Shown here in pieces: positions 1 to 11,764 of a stretch of 64,000 nt of DNA. A model generated the notes under the pieces. It was not told the DNA's origin. It did not search any database and saw only the letters and a list, made by a program, of their open reading frames with translations. The first letter of the stretch is position 1. Each line of letters begins with the position of its first letter. Source of the DNA: Hormiphora californensis. Taxonomy: Eukaryota > Animalia > Ctenophora. The position numbers were made by a program, and so were the translations under genes. The stretch spans positions 3,410,001-3,474,000 of the forward strand of contig CM035353.1 in NCBI GenBank assembly GCA_020137815.1. Reading direction: 5' to 3'.

Positions 1-473
1 ATATAATCTAGGTAACTGTAATAAGGGAGGAATGTTTGGACGAACCTAGAGAAATCTCAGAAATACGATCCATGGTATCTAACCAGTCGGAGCTGAACAT
101 CTTTGATAAATAATGGCGATTTTTAAAAAGAATCTGATACAGCTACAGAGGAATTTTCAAATGATAAAATATTGCCAAGCTGGTTTTTAAAGGTCAAAAT
201 ACTTTTTTAAACCTTCGTTAAACTGAGAATGAAAAATGAACAATAAATTGAAATACACCACCATACCCTTGACACCTTCCGACTTTTGCCTCTTGCAATA
301 TTGATGAAAAAATGAAGTTTGAATTGTCATGTAACAAAGTTTGAGCTAGTGCGACTAGTAAAATATATTGAAACTCCCTTACTAAAACAAGTGAGAGTGG
401 GTTTGGAGGTTGGTATTGCGGGGTTTGTATCGGTTCTTTGGGTTTGGTCTGGCAGCATGATTCATGTTCTCAA

Positions 474-767
474 CTTATTGATGTCCTAATATATCTCACC
501 TCGTATTGATCCACAATAACCTGACGATCCTTATTGATGTCCTAATATATCTCACCTCGTATTGATCCACGATAACCTGACGATCCTTATTGATGTCCTA
601 ATATATCTCACCTCGTATTGATACACAATAACCTGACGATCCTTATTGATGTCCTAATATATCTCACCTCGTATTGATACACAATAACCTGACGATCCTT
701 ATTGATGTCCTAATATATCTCACCTCGTATTGATCCACAATAATCTGACGATCCTTGTTGATGTCCT
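474..767 (-). repeat. 56-bp tandem repeat (about 5 copies) spanning the CCDC166-like exon 3 donor site
   Basis: ATGTCC recurs at 481, 537, 593, 649, 705 and 761 (period 56). On the minus strand each unit is 42 nt of exon-end sequence plus GTGAGATATATTAG. Confidence 0.95.
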
Positions 768-840
768 CCAACTCTTGAGAGTTCTTCTCATTTAATGCTG
801 CAATGGTGCTCTGCCGTTTCTGCGTTTTCCTTGACATGTA
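724..840 (-). CDS. CCDC166: CCDC166-like (DUF4515-type coiled-coil protein), exon 3; gene continues left of the window
   Basis: ttttttcag|YMSRKTQKRQSTIAALNEKNSQELEDINKDRQIIVDQYE|gtgaga; 117 nt, phase 0-0, in frame with exons at 11684-11764 and 13119-13256. Family call is from the recalled ESHEYxxYMxxKTxKRQ motif. Confidence 0.75.
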
Positions 841-974
841 CTGAAAAAACAAGGCATGGATCAATATACAAGAAACCTAGGTATATTGTAGCTGAAGACT
901 TGAAACATAGTGTTCTCGAAAGCTGAACTGTCAATTCTAATTGATTTAGTACTATTATATCGTTGTTTATCTAA

Positions 975-1132
975 TCTAACTATATCTAATGCAAATTTGC
1001 ACGGAAATGTGACACCCTATCGTCAATGTGACGACGTGATCCGTCAGTGTGACGACGTGATCATATTTCAGTGTTGCCTAATCCAACTACCATTTCACCG
1101 AAATTCGCCCGTAGGGCGAACGGGTTTGCTAG
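975..1132 (+). mobile_element. Short non-autonomous Helitron-like insertion
   Basis: Starts with TC after an A; hairpin TTCGCCC-GTA-GGGCGAA (1104-1120); ends CTAG before a T; absent from the second copy of the segment (near 3280). Confidence 0.6.
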
Positions 1133-1615
1133 TTTATCTAATCTATCTAATTGTTTACACAATTAACCCGGGTATGTAGCGGGAATGTAGCGACTAGCGG
1201 GTAGGGTTATTTGCTGTACTTTATATCGCCCGACATGTGAAGCAGGGAGGGTGGTTTATTGAATATAAACTTTAGAGACTAACACTTGCTTTTCATAGCG
1301 GGCGGGCGTTCATTAGAAAGGGATGATATAATGAGCCTTCTCATAGATCTACCCTTCTGAGAAGGGCCTTCTTTATCGCTAACGGTTTAACTACCTATCG
1401 TTAGGTTGTGAAACCGTTAGCGATATCTACTTTTAATACCAGTTAACCATTTTGTTAAGAGTTGTCGAACTGCTCAATTTACAAAGTGAGAGAGATTTCA
1501 GGTTTATCTAATTTACTTTTGGCATGGGAGCACCCCGTCTTTATTTTTAATTCAACAAGTTCTCTAGCTCATTTATCTGACCCATTTAACCCGTAATTTA
1601 ACTTACTCAGTCTAA

Positions 1616-1746
1616 CCCTACTAAAATATAGTTCGACGCGACGCGCGATCGATGAACGATCGATAAACGATCGATATCGATCGTTTATCGATCGTTTATC
1701 GATCGTTCATCGATCGCGCGTCGCGTCGAACTATATTTTAGTAGGG
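1616..1746. mobile_element. 131-bp foldback MITE with CCCTAC...GTAGGG ends and an apparent 2-bp AA duplication (CACTA/CMC-like)
   Basis: Near-perfect palindrome; the empty site TCTAATGG is present in the second copy near 3760. Confidence 0.8.
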
Positions 1747-2092
1747 AATGGATTCAAAGTTAATAGGTCAAGCCAGTCAAAAAGTTGAAGAGTTTTACAA
1801 TGTCTGCCTAAATTAATATCGATAGCACGTCACATGTATGCTGGTGGAACATGAATTATTGGCAATTTGCGATTTGTTCAGATCACCTAAACGGTAGAAT
1901 TTTATGAACACAAAGAAAAAAAACTACCGTTTAGTATAGTGTAGTATGTATAGTAGTTTTTACTTCGTGTAACTATAGCTCTCCGACGCCTGTCACGATC
2001 GAGCACTCTTCCGCCGTAGTACGGAATTCTACGAATTTTATGAACAGATCAACTAACACGAGATGAAAATTCTCAATACAGTTGTGCAGTTT

Positions 2093-2192
2093 NNNNNNNN
2101 NNNNNNNNNNNNNNNNNNNNNNNNNNNNNNNNNNNNNNNNNNNNNNNNNNNNNNNNNNNNNNNNNNNNNNNNNNNNNNNNNNNNNNNNNNNN
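2093..2192. other. Assembly gap (100 N)
   Basis: Run of N. Confidence 1.
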
Positions 2193-3181
2193 GTCATCGT
2201 GAAAATTTGACTTGAAATGACGTGTCTCTCTAATTTCCAGTGAGGGATCAGTATCAGCACAATCCATCTCGGACCCACTAATTACCAACATCACTCCCGT
2301 TTAGCATTGTCGATTAGAAACAAGATTCGTATACCATAATTTACTTAAAATATTTTTCACAAAAAAAAATTCACAAAATTTCAGGTAATGATTCTCAATA
2401 CCTTGATCGATGCTCTCCATGAATTTTTAGAGAAACATTTAATTTTGTGAAAAAACTTTGTAAAATATTTCAAAGTCAATTTCGGAAAAAAAATTCTATG
2501 TCAATTTTGCCGTACGAATCGTGTTGCGAATCGGTGATGCTATGCGGCAGTGCTCTCGCTAATTAGCAGGATTTATTGAAACATGAATCGTTTCCCCTAA
2601 ACTTCCTAATTAGATTTGATGGGGGATCACGTATCAGCATAATCCATCTCGGACCCACTAATTAGCAACATCACTCCCGCTTAGCAATACCGATTCGAAA
2701 CACGATTCGTACGCAAAAATTGACATAGAAAATTTTCCATAAAATTGACTTTGAAATATTTTCCAAACTTTTTTACAAAATTTCAGATAATGATTCTTAA
2801 CACCTTGATCGGTGCTCTCCATGAATTTTTTGAAAAAAAAAGTTTCTGAATTTGTTGACCCTCTCATGAGGACACGATTCGACGGGAAGTCAGGTATCAA
2901 ATCAATCCATATCGAACCCGCTAACTAGCGAAATCATTTCCACATAGCACCACCGATTCGAAATAGGGTTAATACGGCGAAATTGACATTGAAATTCATA
3001 CAATTTTCGTGAAATAATGGAAAAATTTTGCATGAAAAAGCCCGATTTCTGGGCATTTTTTGACCAAAAAATTCGGTGGTTCGGCCAAAATTTCCTACCG
3101 AACCGAACCGAACCGAACCGCCCAAAAAACACCGAATTTCCGAACCGAACCGAACCGAACCGAATATTCGGTCGCTTCCTG
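2193..3181. mobile_element. One end of a hAT-like non-autonomous element, truncated by the gap
   Basis: The end reads CAGGAAGCGACCGAAT on the minus strand, like the CAGGAACCGACCGA MITE TIR. It has subterminal (CCGAA)n repeats and internal direct repeats (about 2240-2420 and 2620-2830). Confidence 0.55.
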
Positions 3182-4377
3182 CAAGAAACCTAGGTATATT
3201 AAAGCTGAAGACTTGAAACATAGTGTTCTCGAAAGCTTCTGTCAATTCTAATTGATTTAGTACCATTATATCGTTGTTTATCTAATCTATCTAATTGTTT
3301 ACACAATAAACCCGGGTTTATATGTATCGGGAATGTAGATTGTAGCGACTAGCGGGTAGGGTTATTTGCTGTACTTTATATCGCCCGACATGCGAAGCAG
3401 GGAGGGTGGTTTATTGAATATAAACTTTAGAGACTAACACTTGCTTTTCATAGCGGGCGGGCGTTCATTTAGAAAGAGATGATATAATGAGCCTTCCCAT
3501 AGATCTACCCTTCTCTATCGCTAACGGTTTAACAACCGATCGTTAGGTTGTGAAACCGTTAGCGATATCTACTTTTAATACTTTTAATACCAGTTAACCA
3601 TTTTGTTAAGAGTTGTTGAACTGCTCAAGTGAGAGAGATTTCAGGTTTATTTAATTTACTTTTGGCATGGGAGCACCCCGTCTTTATTTTTAATTCAACA
3701 AGTTCTCTAGCTCATTTATCTGACCCATTTAACCCATAATTTAACTTACTGGCGCTCAGTCTAATGGATTCAAAGTTAATATAGGTCAAGCCAGTCAGAA
3801 AGTTGAAGAGTTTTACAATGTCTGCCGTACCTTCGCTAAATTAACAAGACTTAATATCGATAGCACGTTGCACATATCATGCTGGTGGAACATGAATTAT
3901 TGGCAATTTGTTCAGATCACCTAAACGGTAGAATTTTATGAACACAAAGGAAAAACTACCGTTTAGTTTAGTGTAGTATGTATACTGTATAGTAGTTTTT
4001 CCTTCGTGGAACTAGCTCTCCGACGCCTGTCGCGATCGAGCACTCTTCCGCCGTAACGGAATTCTACGCATTTTATGAACAGATCAACTAACACGAGATG
4101 AAAATTCTCAATACAGTTGTGCAGTTTCAGACCAGTTTCTTAGATTGTAACTTCACACTGAGCAATATAAAAATTAGGGTACAATTTTGACAATTTGGGT
4201 CATGCAGTTTGGGGGTATTTTCAGGTCTTATCATTCTTATTATCATAAAGTAACAATGGAAAATGCATACTATGATGTGCACTAATTCAGGAACCTTCTC
4301 TGTTAATTCTTCACCGTGTCCTCTTGATGCTGTAATAAGTTCTTGTTTTTCTTTATGGGGTGTTCTCTGTGAAGCTA

Positions 4378-4749
4378 GGTAGGCGGTAAATGTTAACCAG
4401 ATCTGTGAGAATTTCGCACGTTTTTGCCCATAACTCAGCCATTTCTTGACCAATTTGCAAAATCCTTGGCTCATTGGAAAGAGGACATTGAGATCTTTCA
4501 AATGAGCCCAAGAAAATGAAAATTGGCGCAAATTGCGCGGCGTGGTGGCGAAAACGCGCATTTTGCGCCATGACGCCACGCATTTTGCGCCGATTTTAGT
4601 TTTATTGGGCTCATTTGAAAGATCTCAATGTCCTCTTTCCAACGCACCCAAGATCTTGCAAATTGGTCAAGAAATGGCTGAGTTATGGGCAAAAACGTAG
4701 TTTTGCACGTACGTTTTCTCTCAGATCTGGTTAACATTTACCGCCTACC
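4378..4749. mobile_element. Mutator-like palindromic MITE
   Basis: Long TIRs GGTAGGCGGTAAATGTTAACCAGATCTG; perfect 9-bp TSD GTGAAGCTA (4369-4377 and 4750-4758). Confidence 0.9.
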
Positions 4750-5140
4750 GTGAAGCTACGTTGAGGAAGCCCCCGGTTTGGTTTGAAATGTTTTTCCAGA
4801 AAAATAAAACGACCAAGTTTAAATTTTTTAGATTAACGATTTTTACAGCAATACAGCACACGATAAAAAACATGGCCCATTTTCTTTAAATGACCATTTA
4901 CCACCCCCTGTCCGGAGTACTGTTTTTCCCTCTTTGTGTGTGTCGCGATTTTTACAGCAATACAGAACACGATAAAGTAATGAGGCCACTCAAAGGTGTG
5001 ACTTTTCTTTCTTTACTACTACCTACAACAACCTTGTCAAATTCTGTATCGGTCCACTCTCACTTTAAGAAAGATTTTAAGTGATTGTCAGTAAGTAAGA
5101 ATGTCGTTTTTAAAAGCATTTAAATTTCTTTGAATGACCA

Positions 5141-5282
<142 letters not shown>

Positions 5283-5317
5283 ATCTTTTAGTAAAACATT
5301 TATATTTGATTCAGCTA

Positions 5318-6356
5318 TCACTGCGGTGGCAAGCGCAAAGGTGACCACCACCTCCCCCCCCCCCCAGCTGTGCATGCCAGAAAGCAGTAATAAGTTTTTC
5401 CAGTTTTTAGGGAAAAATGGCATTTTGCGACGCCCATAGCGAGGCACCCACTGCACCAATCGGTCGGAAATTTGGTATACAGTGTCACGTAAACTAGATC
5501 TACTGGATTTTAAAAGGGCAAGTCTCTATCTCTTTTAGTTTTAGAGTTATGACATGGTGAAAAAAGCAATAAATGTCCCGGGTCTATATAGACGCTTTTT
5601 CACAATTTGCAGACAATTTTCTGGAAAAACTACAAGAGATAGACACTTCTCGTTTGAATCATTCAAAAGATAATCGTTTGAATTGTGTTATTGGACGGTT
5701 TCATGTTCTAGGTCTAACCAAAACGTCCTTAAAAACTGCCATAAAGTTAAGACATTTTTAAAATAAACCAAATTTCTTTGAGCTCAATTTACACCCTGAA
5801 GACGGCTTCTGATTGAACAATGGAGACCACACTTATGAAAGATAATCGTTTAAACTTTCAGAAACTAAATGGCGAATTTGTGAAACTCTATTTCCAAGGG
5901 TCTTAAATCGCGTCTGAAGTTTTAAGACTGTATGAAAATAGATATGACGATAGTGCGTTTTTCGCCATAGCGACCTTAAATCTTATTCAATCGATCTCAA
6001 ACTTGGTTAGCATATTTATCTAGATGAGCCTGATAATAATGTTTCACTAGCATGACGTTAGAACGTCGTGACGTCACGCTATGACGTCACAATGACGTCA
6101 AAACTGAAATTTTCGTACTTTAGCGATTCTTGACCGTCTTTACAAGTTCTGCTACGTTCAGACATGTCTTACATCGTATTTCACATCACAAAATACCAAA
6201 AATGAACCTAAATTATGCCAAAAACTAAAAGAAATTAGTTGGCTGGAAAGGTGACCACTTGTGTTGTCAAACTGACACCTTTGCCCGGCCCGGGTTACGG
6301 AAGAGAGAAGAAAGAGAGAAAGAGAAAGAGAGAGAGAGAAAGAGAGAGAGAGAGAA

Positions 6357-6398
<42 letters not shown>

Positions 6399-6511
6399 TG
6401 ATCAGAGAGGAAAAATATAATGATGAAAAAACCCGGAGAGGGCTAAGGTGTCAGTTTGACAACAAAAGTCACCTTTCCAGCCAACTAATTTCTTTTAGTT
6501 TTTGGCATAAT
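5318..6511 (-). mobile_element. Helentron/HINE (DINE-1-like) non-autonomous element
   Basis: One end has a short stem-loop (TGCG...CGCA) and the motif AAAGGTGAC. The other end has a ~70-bp inverted repeat enclosing (GA)n. The same architecture occurs at 27603-30093. Confidence 0.6.
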
Positions 6512-6528
6512 CAAAGAACTACAAAACA

Positions 6529-7593
6529 TCAACCTATCGCATTTAAGGCAATATCGGGGTCCCCAGCACGTCGCACGTCAGTAGCCGTGAACGCCCCTAA
6601 GGCCCTCTGCAAGCAGTTCTTTATTTCGTTCATTCGTGTCAGATACACACAGGGGTTGACTGCACTGTTCATCACTATCAGAACGGTGGAGCATATGGGG
6701 AGGAGGTAGCTGTCAAGAATAGGACTTCCCTGGCTGCGGAACAACTGAAAGTATTCCTCGAAAGTGTAGCGTGTCTTGCTGACTTTGCTCCGTGTCCACA
6801 GTGTCTTGTAAACGGCAGCGGTAAATCCAAGAGTATAGGGGAGGTTGAAGATGACATACACGAGGCATATGAAGAGGACCGTTTTCGCGGCCTCCTTGTG
6901 TTGGTACGTTGAGGCCATTGTGTTAACTGCAACCTGCCTCGTCCTTCGGAGCTCCATCAGTGTCAGCAACATAGATAACAGGATGGGGAAGACACATAGG
7001 GCTGGTACTAGATTCATCGGGACAAAGATCAGGAAGATGGACCGGTCCATGTCCGCTGGTTTGATGATCATCTCTGAGTAGTTGCCACCGGCTCGGGAGC
7101 TGTAGTAGCAGACGAAGTTGTCGGGTCGATAACAACCCCGCACTAACCCACTGGTGAGGAGTGCCAGGTGGCTGGTTAGAAGGGCTGCAGTGCAGATGAG
7201 GGGTAAAATCCACCCGAGGGAGGGGGCGAGACGAAAATGGGGTCTCCTCAAGACAATCATTCTGCACCAGCTCATCAAGGTAGCTTGGAATACCGTTACT
7301 TGGGGCATGATAGTCCACAGCACGGCAATAACAGTACAGAAGGGCTGGCTGATTGACATCATACCTTGTCGGTCAGCTGACAGGAGGGCGTCAACCATCA
7401 CCAGTGCGATGATACAGACAGCCGTGTCCGTTAAGGTGATGGTCATGTAGAGGTACTTGAAGAAACGCTTGTTGACACCTTTAGCGGCCTTCATCCGGAA
7501 GTAGGTAAAGCAGATCAAGTTTAGGCCAGCCCCAATGATGGATATTCCACCAAACGAAATACCGATTATGTAGTCGGCAAGACGGTTAAACAT
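6529..7593 (-). CDS. Intronless class A (rhodopsin-like) orphan GPCR, copy 1, nested in CCDC166-like intron 2
   Basis: 354 aa with seven hydrophobic segments; TM3 ends in CRM (DRY position); TM6 FNLP; TM7 NSAVNPCVY (NPxxY). Confidence 0.9.
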   Translation of the reverse strand: MFNRLADYIIGISFGGISIIGAGLNLICFTYFRMKAAKGVNKRFFKYLYMTITLTDTAVCIIALVMVDALLSADRQGMMSISQPFCTVIAVLWTIMPQVTVFQATLMSWCRMIVLRRPHFRLAPSLGWILPLICTAALLTSHLALLTSGLVRGCYRPDNFVCYYSSRAGGNYSEMIIKPADMDRSIFLIFVPMNLVPALCVFPILLSMLLTLMELRRTRQVAVNTMASTYQHKEAAKTVLFICLVYVIFNLPYTLGFTAAVYKTLWTRSKVSKTRYTFEEYFQLFRSQGSPILDSYLLPICSTVLIVMNSAVNPCVYLTRMNEIKNCLQRALGAFTATDVRRAGDPDIALNAIG

Positions 7594-7815
7594 GGTACCT
7601 AGACATAATATTTAGGCATTATTAATTTGGAAAATAGTCATAAATATCAAAAAAAATGATATCAATTGCACTGTGTATAGGTATGGCAATGAACCTAAAT
7701 TATGCCAAAAACTAAATGAAATTAGTTGGCTGGAAAGGTGACCACTTTTGTTGTCAAACTGACACCTTTGCCCGGCCCGGGTTACGGAAGAGAGGGAAAG
7801 AGAGAAAGAGAAAGA

Positions 7816-7920
<105 letters not shown>

Positions 7921-8053
7921 TAGTGATCAGAGAGGAAAAATATAAAGATGAAAAAACCCGGAGAGGGCTAAGGTGTCAGTTTGACAGCAAAAGTCACCTT
8001 TCCAGCCAACTAATTTCTTTTAGTTTTTGGCATAATCAAAGAACTACAAAACA

Positions 8054-9118
8054 TCAACCTATCGCATTTAAGGCAATATCGGGGTCCCCAGCACGTCGCA
8101 CGTCAGTAGCCGTGAACGCCCCTAAGGCCCTCCGCAAGGAGTTCTTTATTTCGTTCATTCGTGTCAGATACACACAGGGGTTGACTGCACTGTTCATCAC
8201 TATCAGAACGGTGGAGCATATGGGGAGGAGGTAGCTGTCGAGAATTGGACTTCCCTGGCTGCGGAACAACTGAAAGTATTCCTCGAAAGTGTAGCGTGTC
8301 TTGCTGACTTTGCTCCGTGTCCACAGAGTCTTGTAAACTGCAGCGGTAAATCCAAGGGTATAGGGGAGGTTGAAGATGACATACACGAGGCATATGAAGA
8401 GGACCGTTTTTGCGGCCTCCTTGTGTTGGTACGTTGACGCCATTGTGTTAACTGCAACCTGCCTCGTCCTTCGGAGCTCCATCAGTGTCAGCAACATAGA
8501 TAACAGGATGGGGAAGACACACAGGGCTGGTACTAGATTCATCGGGACAAAGATCAGAAAGATGGACCGGTCCATGTCCGATGGTTTGATGATCATCTCT
8601 GAGTAGTTGCCACCGGCTCGGGAGCTGTAGTAGCAGACAAAGTTGTCGGGTCGATAACAACCCCGCACTAACCCACTGGTGAGGAGTGCCAGGTGGCTGG
8701 TTAGAAGGGCCACAGTGCAGATGAGGGGTAAAATCCACCCGAGGGAGGGGGCGAGACGAAAATGGGGTCTCCTCAAGACAATCATCCTGCACCAGCTCAT
8801 CAAGGTGGCTTGGAATACCGTTACTTGGGGCATGATAGTCCACAGCACGGCAATAACAGTACAGAAGGGCTGGCTGATTGACATCATACCTTGTCGGTCA
8901 GCTGACAGGAGGGCGTCAACCATCACCAGTGCGATGATACAGACAGCCGTGTCCGTTAAGGTGATGGTCATGTAGAGGTACTTGAAGAAACGCTTGTTGA
9001 CACCTTTAGCGGCCTTCATCCGGAAGTAGGTAAAGCAGATCAAGTTTAGGCCAGCCCCAATGATGGATATTCCACCAAACGAAATACCGATTATGTAGTC
9101 GGCAAGACGGTTAAACAT
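8054..9118 (-). CDS. Intronless class A orphan GPCR, copy 2 (tandem duplicate)
   Basis: 354 aa; 4 amino-acid differences from copy 1 (A/V, A/S, C/S, Q/R). Confidence 0.9.
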   Translation of the reverse strand: MFNRLADYIIGISFGGISIIGAGLNLICFTYFRMKAAKGVNKRFFKYLYMTITLTDTAVCIIALVMVDALLSADRQGMMSISQPFCTVIAVLWTIMPQVTVFQATLMSWCRMIVLRRPHFRLAPSLGWILPLICTVALLTSHLALLTSGLVRGCYRPDNFVCYYSSRAGGNYSEMIIKPSDMDRSIFLIFVPMNLVPALCVFPILLSMLLTLMELRRTRQVAVNTMASTYQHKEAAKTVLFICLVYVIFNLPYTLGFTAAVYKTLWTRSKVSKTRYTFEEYFQLFRSQGSPILDSYLLPICSTVLIVMNSAVNPCVYLTRMNEIKNSLRRALGAFTATDVRRAGDPDIALNAIG

Positions 9119-9551
9119 GGTACCTAGACATAATATTTAGGCATTATTAATTTGGAAAATAGTCATAAATATCAAAAAAAATGATATCAATTGCACTGTG
9201 TATAGGTATGGCATAGTGCAATTATGACTCCATGTCCATGATCCTCCCCAGTCCCCTCTCCAACGTATGTATACCATCCGCCCACGGTTGCTAATATAGC
9301 GACACTTCCCTCGTACAATATAGAAAGATCCTATCTGACATACTAAAATGATTCAATACTGCAAGATGGAAAATAGAAAAAAAGATATACAAACTGAGGT
9401 AGTATAACATACTGCCTATACGGAACGTTTGAGGACACATTGTGGACAGGTTGAGGACAGGTTGAGGACTTCCCTCGTACAATAAAGAAAGATCCTAGCT
9501 GACATACTAAAATGATTTAATACTGCAAGATGAAAAATATAAAAAAAGATA

Positions 9552-10170
9552 TTATTTTTTTATTGGAAGAAGTTTCAAACGATCACGGAAACAATTCGCA
9601 TTTTTAAATATCAAATAATATCACACACCGTGCGTCTGAGGGCTTCACGCAGGAATCCCGCACTTAAGAAGCCCCTCTAGATGTAGCTAAGTTTTACAGG
9701 TAAATAAGTTAAAAATATATCGTTGTTGCTGCTAGACTAGATTAACAGTTAGAGAGGGGGGAGCCACGGGGAGAGGGGAGTCCCGCAGCAGTGGCAGCGG
9801 TGAGCAATTGGAACATTCATGAAGTGAGAAGGTGAAGGTGATGGAATAATTATAGAATATTGTCGATATCAATATCACTGAAAAGGTAGCTCTTGAGCCC
9901 AGTCAGGAAGATGGGTAACGTGTCACTCTGTCGAAGTTCGTACGGTAGCAAATTCCAGGACCTGGTGACCCTATGGAAGAAGCTATCGCGCAAAGTAGAG
10001 GAGCACTTGTGACTGTTACTCGTGTCCACAAGGGTGGTCCGATCTAAGCCAGCAATAATATCACGATTTTGACGCGTAGGTCGAAGATCGGCAACATTAA
10101 CTGGCCTTATAGAATCAGGAATGTCAATACAAGTACTAATACAAACTGATAACCTGAAAAACAACGCTCA
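9552..10170 (-). mobile_element. 5'-truncated LINE (CR1/L2-group) 3' fragment
   Basis: ORF 9850-10164 contains SFFHRVTRSWNLLPYELR...FLTGLKSYLF, a typical LINE ORF2 C-terminus. An A-rich tail lies near 9552-9565. Confidence 0.7.
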
Positions 10171-11683
10171 ATCATCCCTTCAATCATTCTCACGCGTTGG
10201 TAAGACTAAAAGACTGTCGTGAAGCCCTCTCTTTAATAACTAGATTCCCCCCTCTTTTCTTCCCCTATTATATTTATACTAGCGCACCGATTGGGTGTGC
10301 CTCAAGTAAGGGCTTTTCGCCCCTTTCAACGTCAATAACACGGTTGCCATGGCAACTGAATCGGTAACTATGGGGACTGAATTATTGAAATTAGTTCAAA
10401 AATGTCAACAAACTTTCATTGGAAATTGAGTTCTTGAGCACTATTGAAACTGTATATTTCTTCGGAAAGAGCGCGATCTTCTCTTTCTAAAGATCCTAGG
10501 AATTTTAAAATTGGTTGAGAAATGGCCGAGTTAGGGGTGCAGCTGGTTAAAAGATGCAAATGAGTGGCTTGATGATGACCTATCCACACGTGCTGAGTAC
10601 ACCGGGTTGCCCCTCGCAACAAAAGTATTACCAAAAGTGTCCCTCTACCTAGGTTTACTAGTATACCAAAATGTCGTTTTCGAATTCTTACACTGCTATG
10701 CCTTTTTGCAAAGCAAAAAGGCATCCGGGTGGATGCCTTTGGCATCCACCCGGGCAGGGAAAAATTGGTACCAATCGGTTACATGTGACTACCTGGTACA
10801 AATGACTACTATCTGCAAGTAAATCTAACAAAAAAGTTTAATATCCTTTTAAAATTCAGCATGTTTTAACCAAACGGTTATTCTTCATTCAGTAAGGTTT
10901 TTTAGGTTTCATTCGTTACACAGACATCGCAGATCAAAATGGTTTTCACTAAAATGATCTCCGTATCAATACGCATCGATTGACACCCTATGGTGTTCTG
11001 ATAAGAGGTTCGCCCGTTAACCTAAAACATGAACCCGCCCCTAACACATTGTGCTGTTGCACCTCCCCCGCGTAAACAATACAACTAACACATGTACCCG
11101 TTTGGGTTTTTTTCGCGATAACTTCTGAACCTTACGTCATAGAAAGGTTTATAACCACTATAATCGATGCAGAATTTAACGCCGAGAATGATGGTGGTTC
11201 TATTCATTTTGTTCTAGGACGTTCCTGAAACCCATAAAAGCCGAAAAACCTAAAAAACCTAAAAATCCTAAATTTAGGATTTGAGCACTAAAAATGTTTT
11301 TGACTTCTAATTAGACACCAAACACTATTCTGACCAAGTTTCATCAAAATCGGGGCTGTTCTCTCTCACTTTAAGTTATTAAGCAATATCTTTACTGCTT
11401 CCATACTACCAGGGCAACAATGACAAGTTAAAGTGCAGTTATTAAATACATAGCCTATACTCTATTGGTTCACTATAAAGTCACGTGGTATTGTCCTACG
11501 CTGTGATTGGATCACCCCAAAACAGGCACATTTTTTGCCCATTACGCATTGTAGCATTTATGAACTTGAGCCAACGATAGGGGGGGGGGGGTAATGAAAT
11601 TACCCCTCTGTTAATATTGCTCACGTACGTATATTCGCACGTGAATACGTATATCCTGTACGTATATTCGTGACATGAGTTAC

Positions 11684-11764
11684 CTGTAAGTATTCGTGAC
11701 TCTCCATTTTGGTTCGGTTAGCTTCGTCCTTGAGCCATTCATTCTCCTTCCTCAACCTATCCAC
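11684..11764 (-). CDS. CCDC166: CCDC166-like exon 2
   Basis: ctacag|VDRLRKENEWLKDEANRTKMESHEYLQ|gtaact; 81 nt, phase 0-0. Confidence 0.8.

Larger units (their letters stand above)
868..4126. repeat. Two diverged copies of the same ~0.95-kb intronic segment (868-2092 and 3182-4126) on either side of the N gap
   Basis: Both copies begin CAAGAAACCTAGGTATATT and end GTTGTGCAGTTT. They differ by SNPs, indels and TE insertions. Confidence 0.9.
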
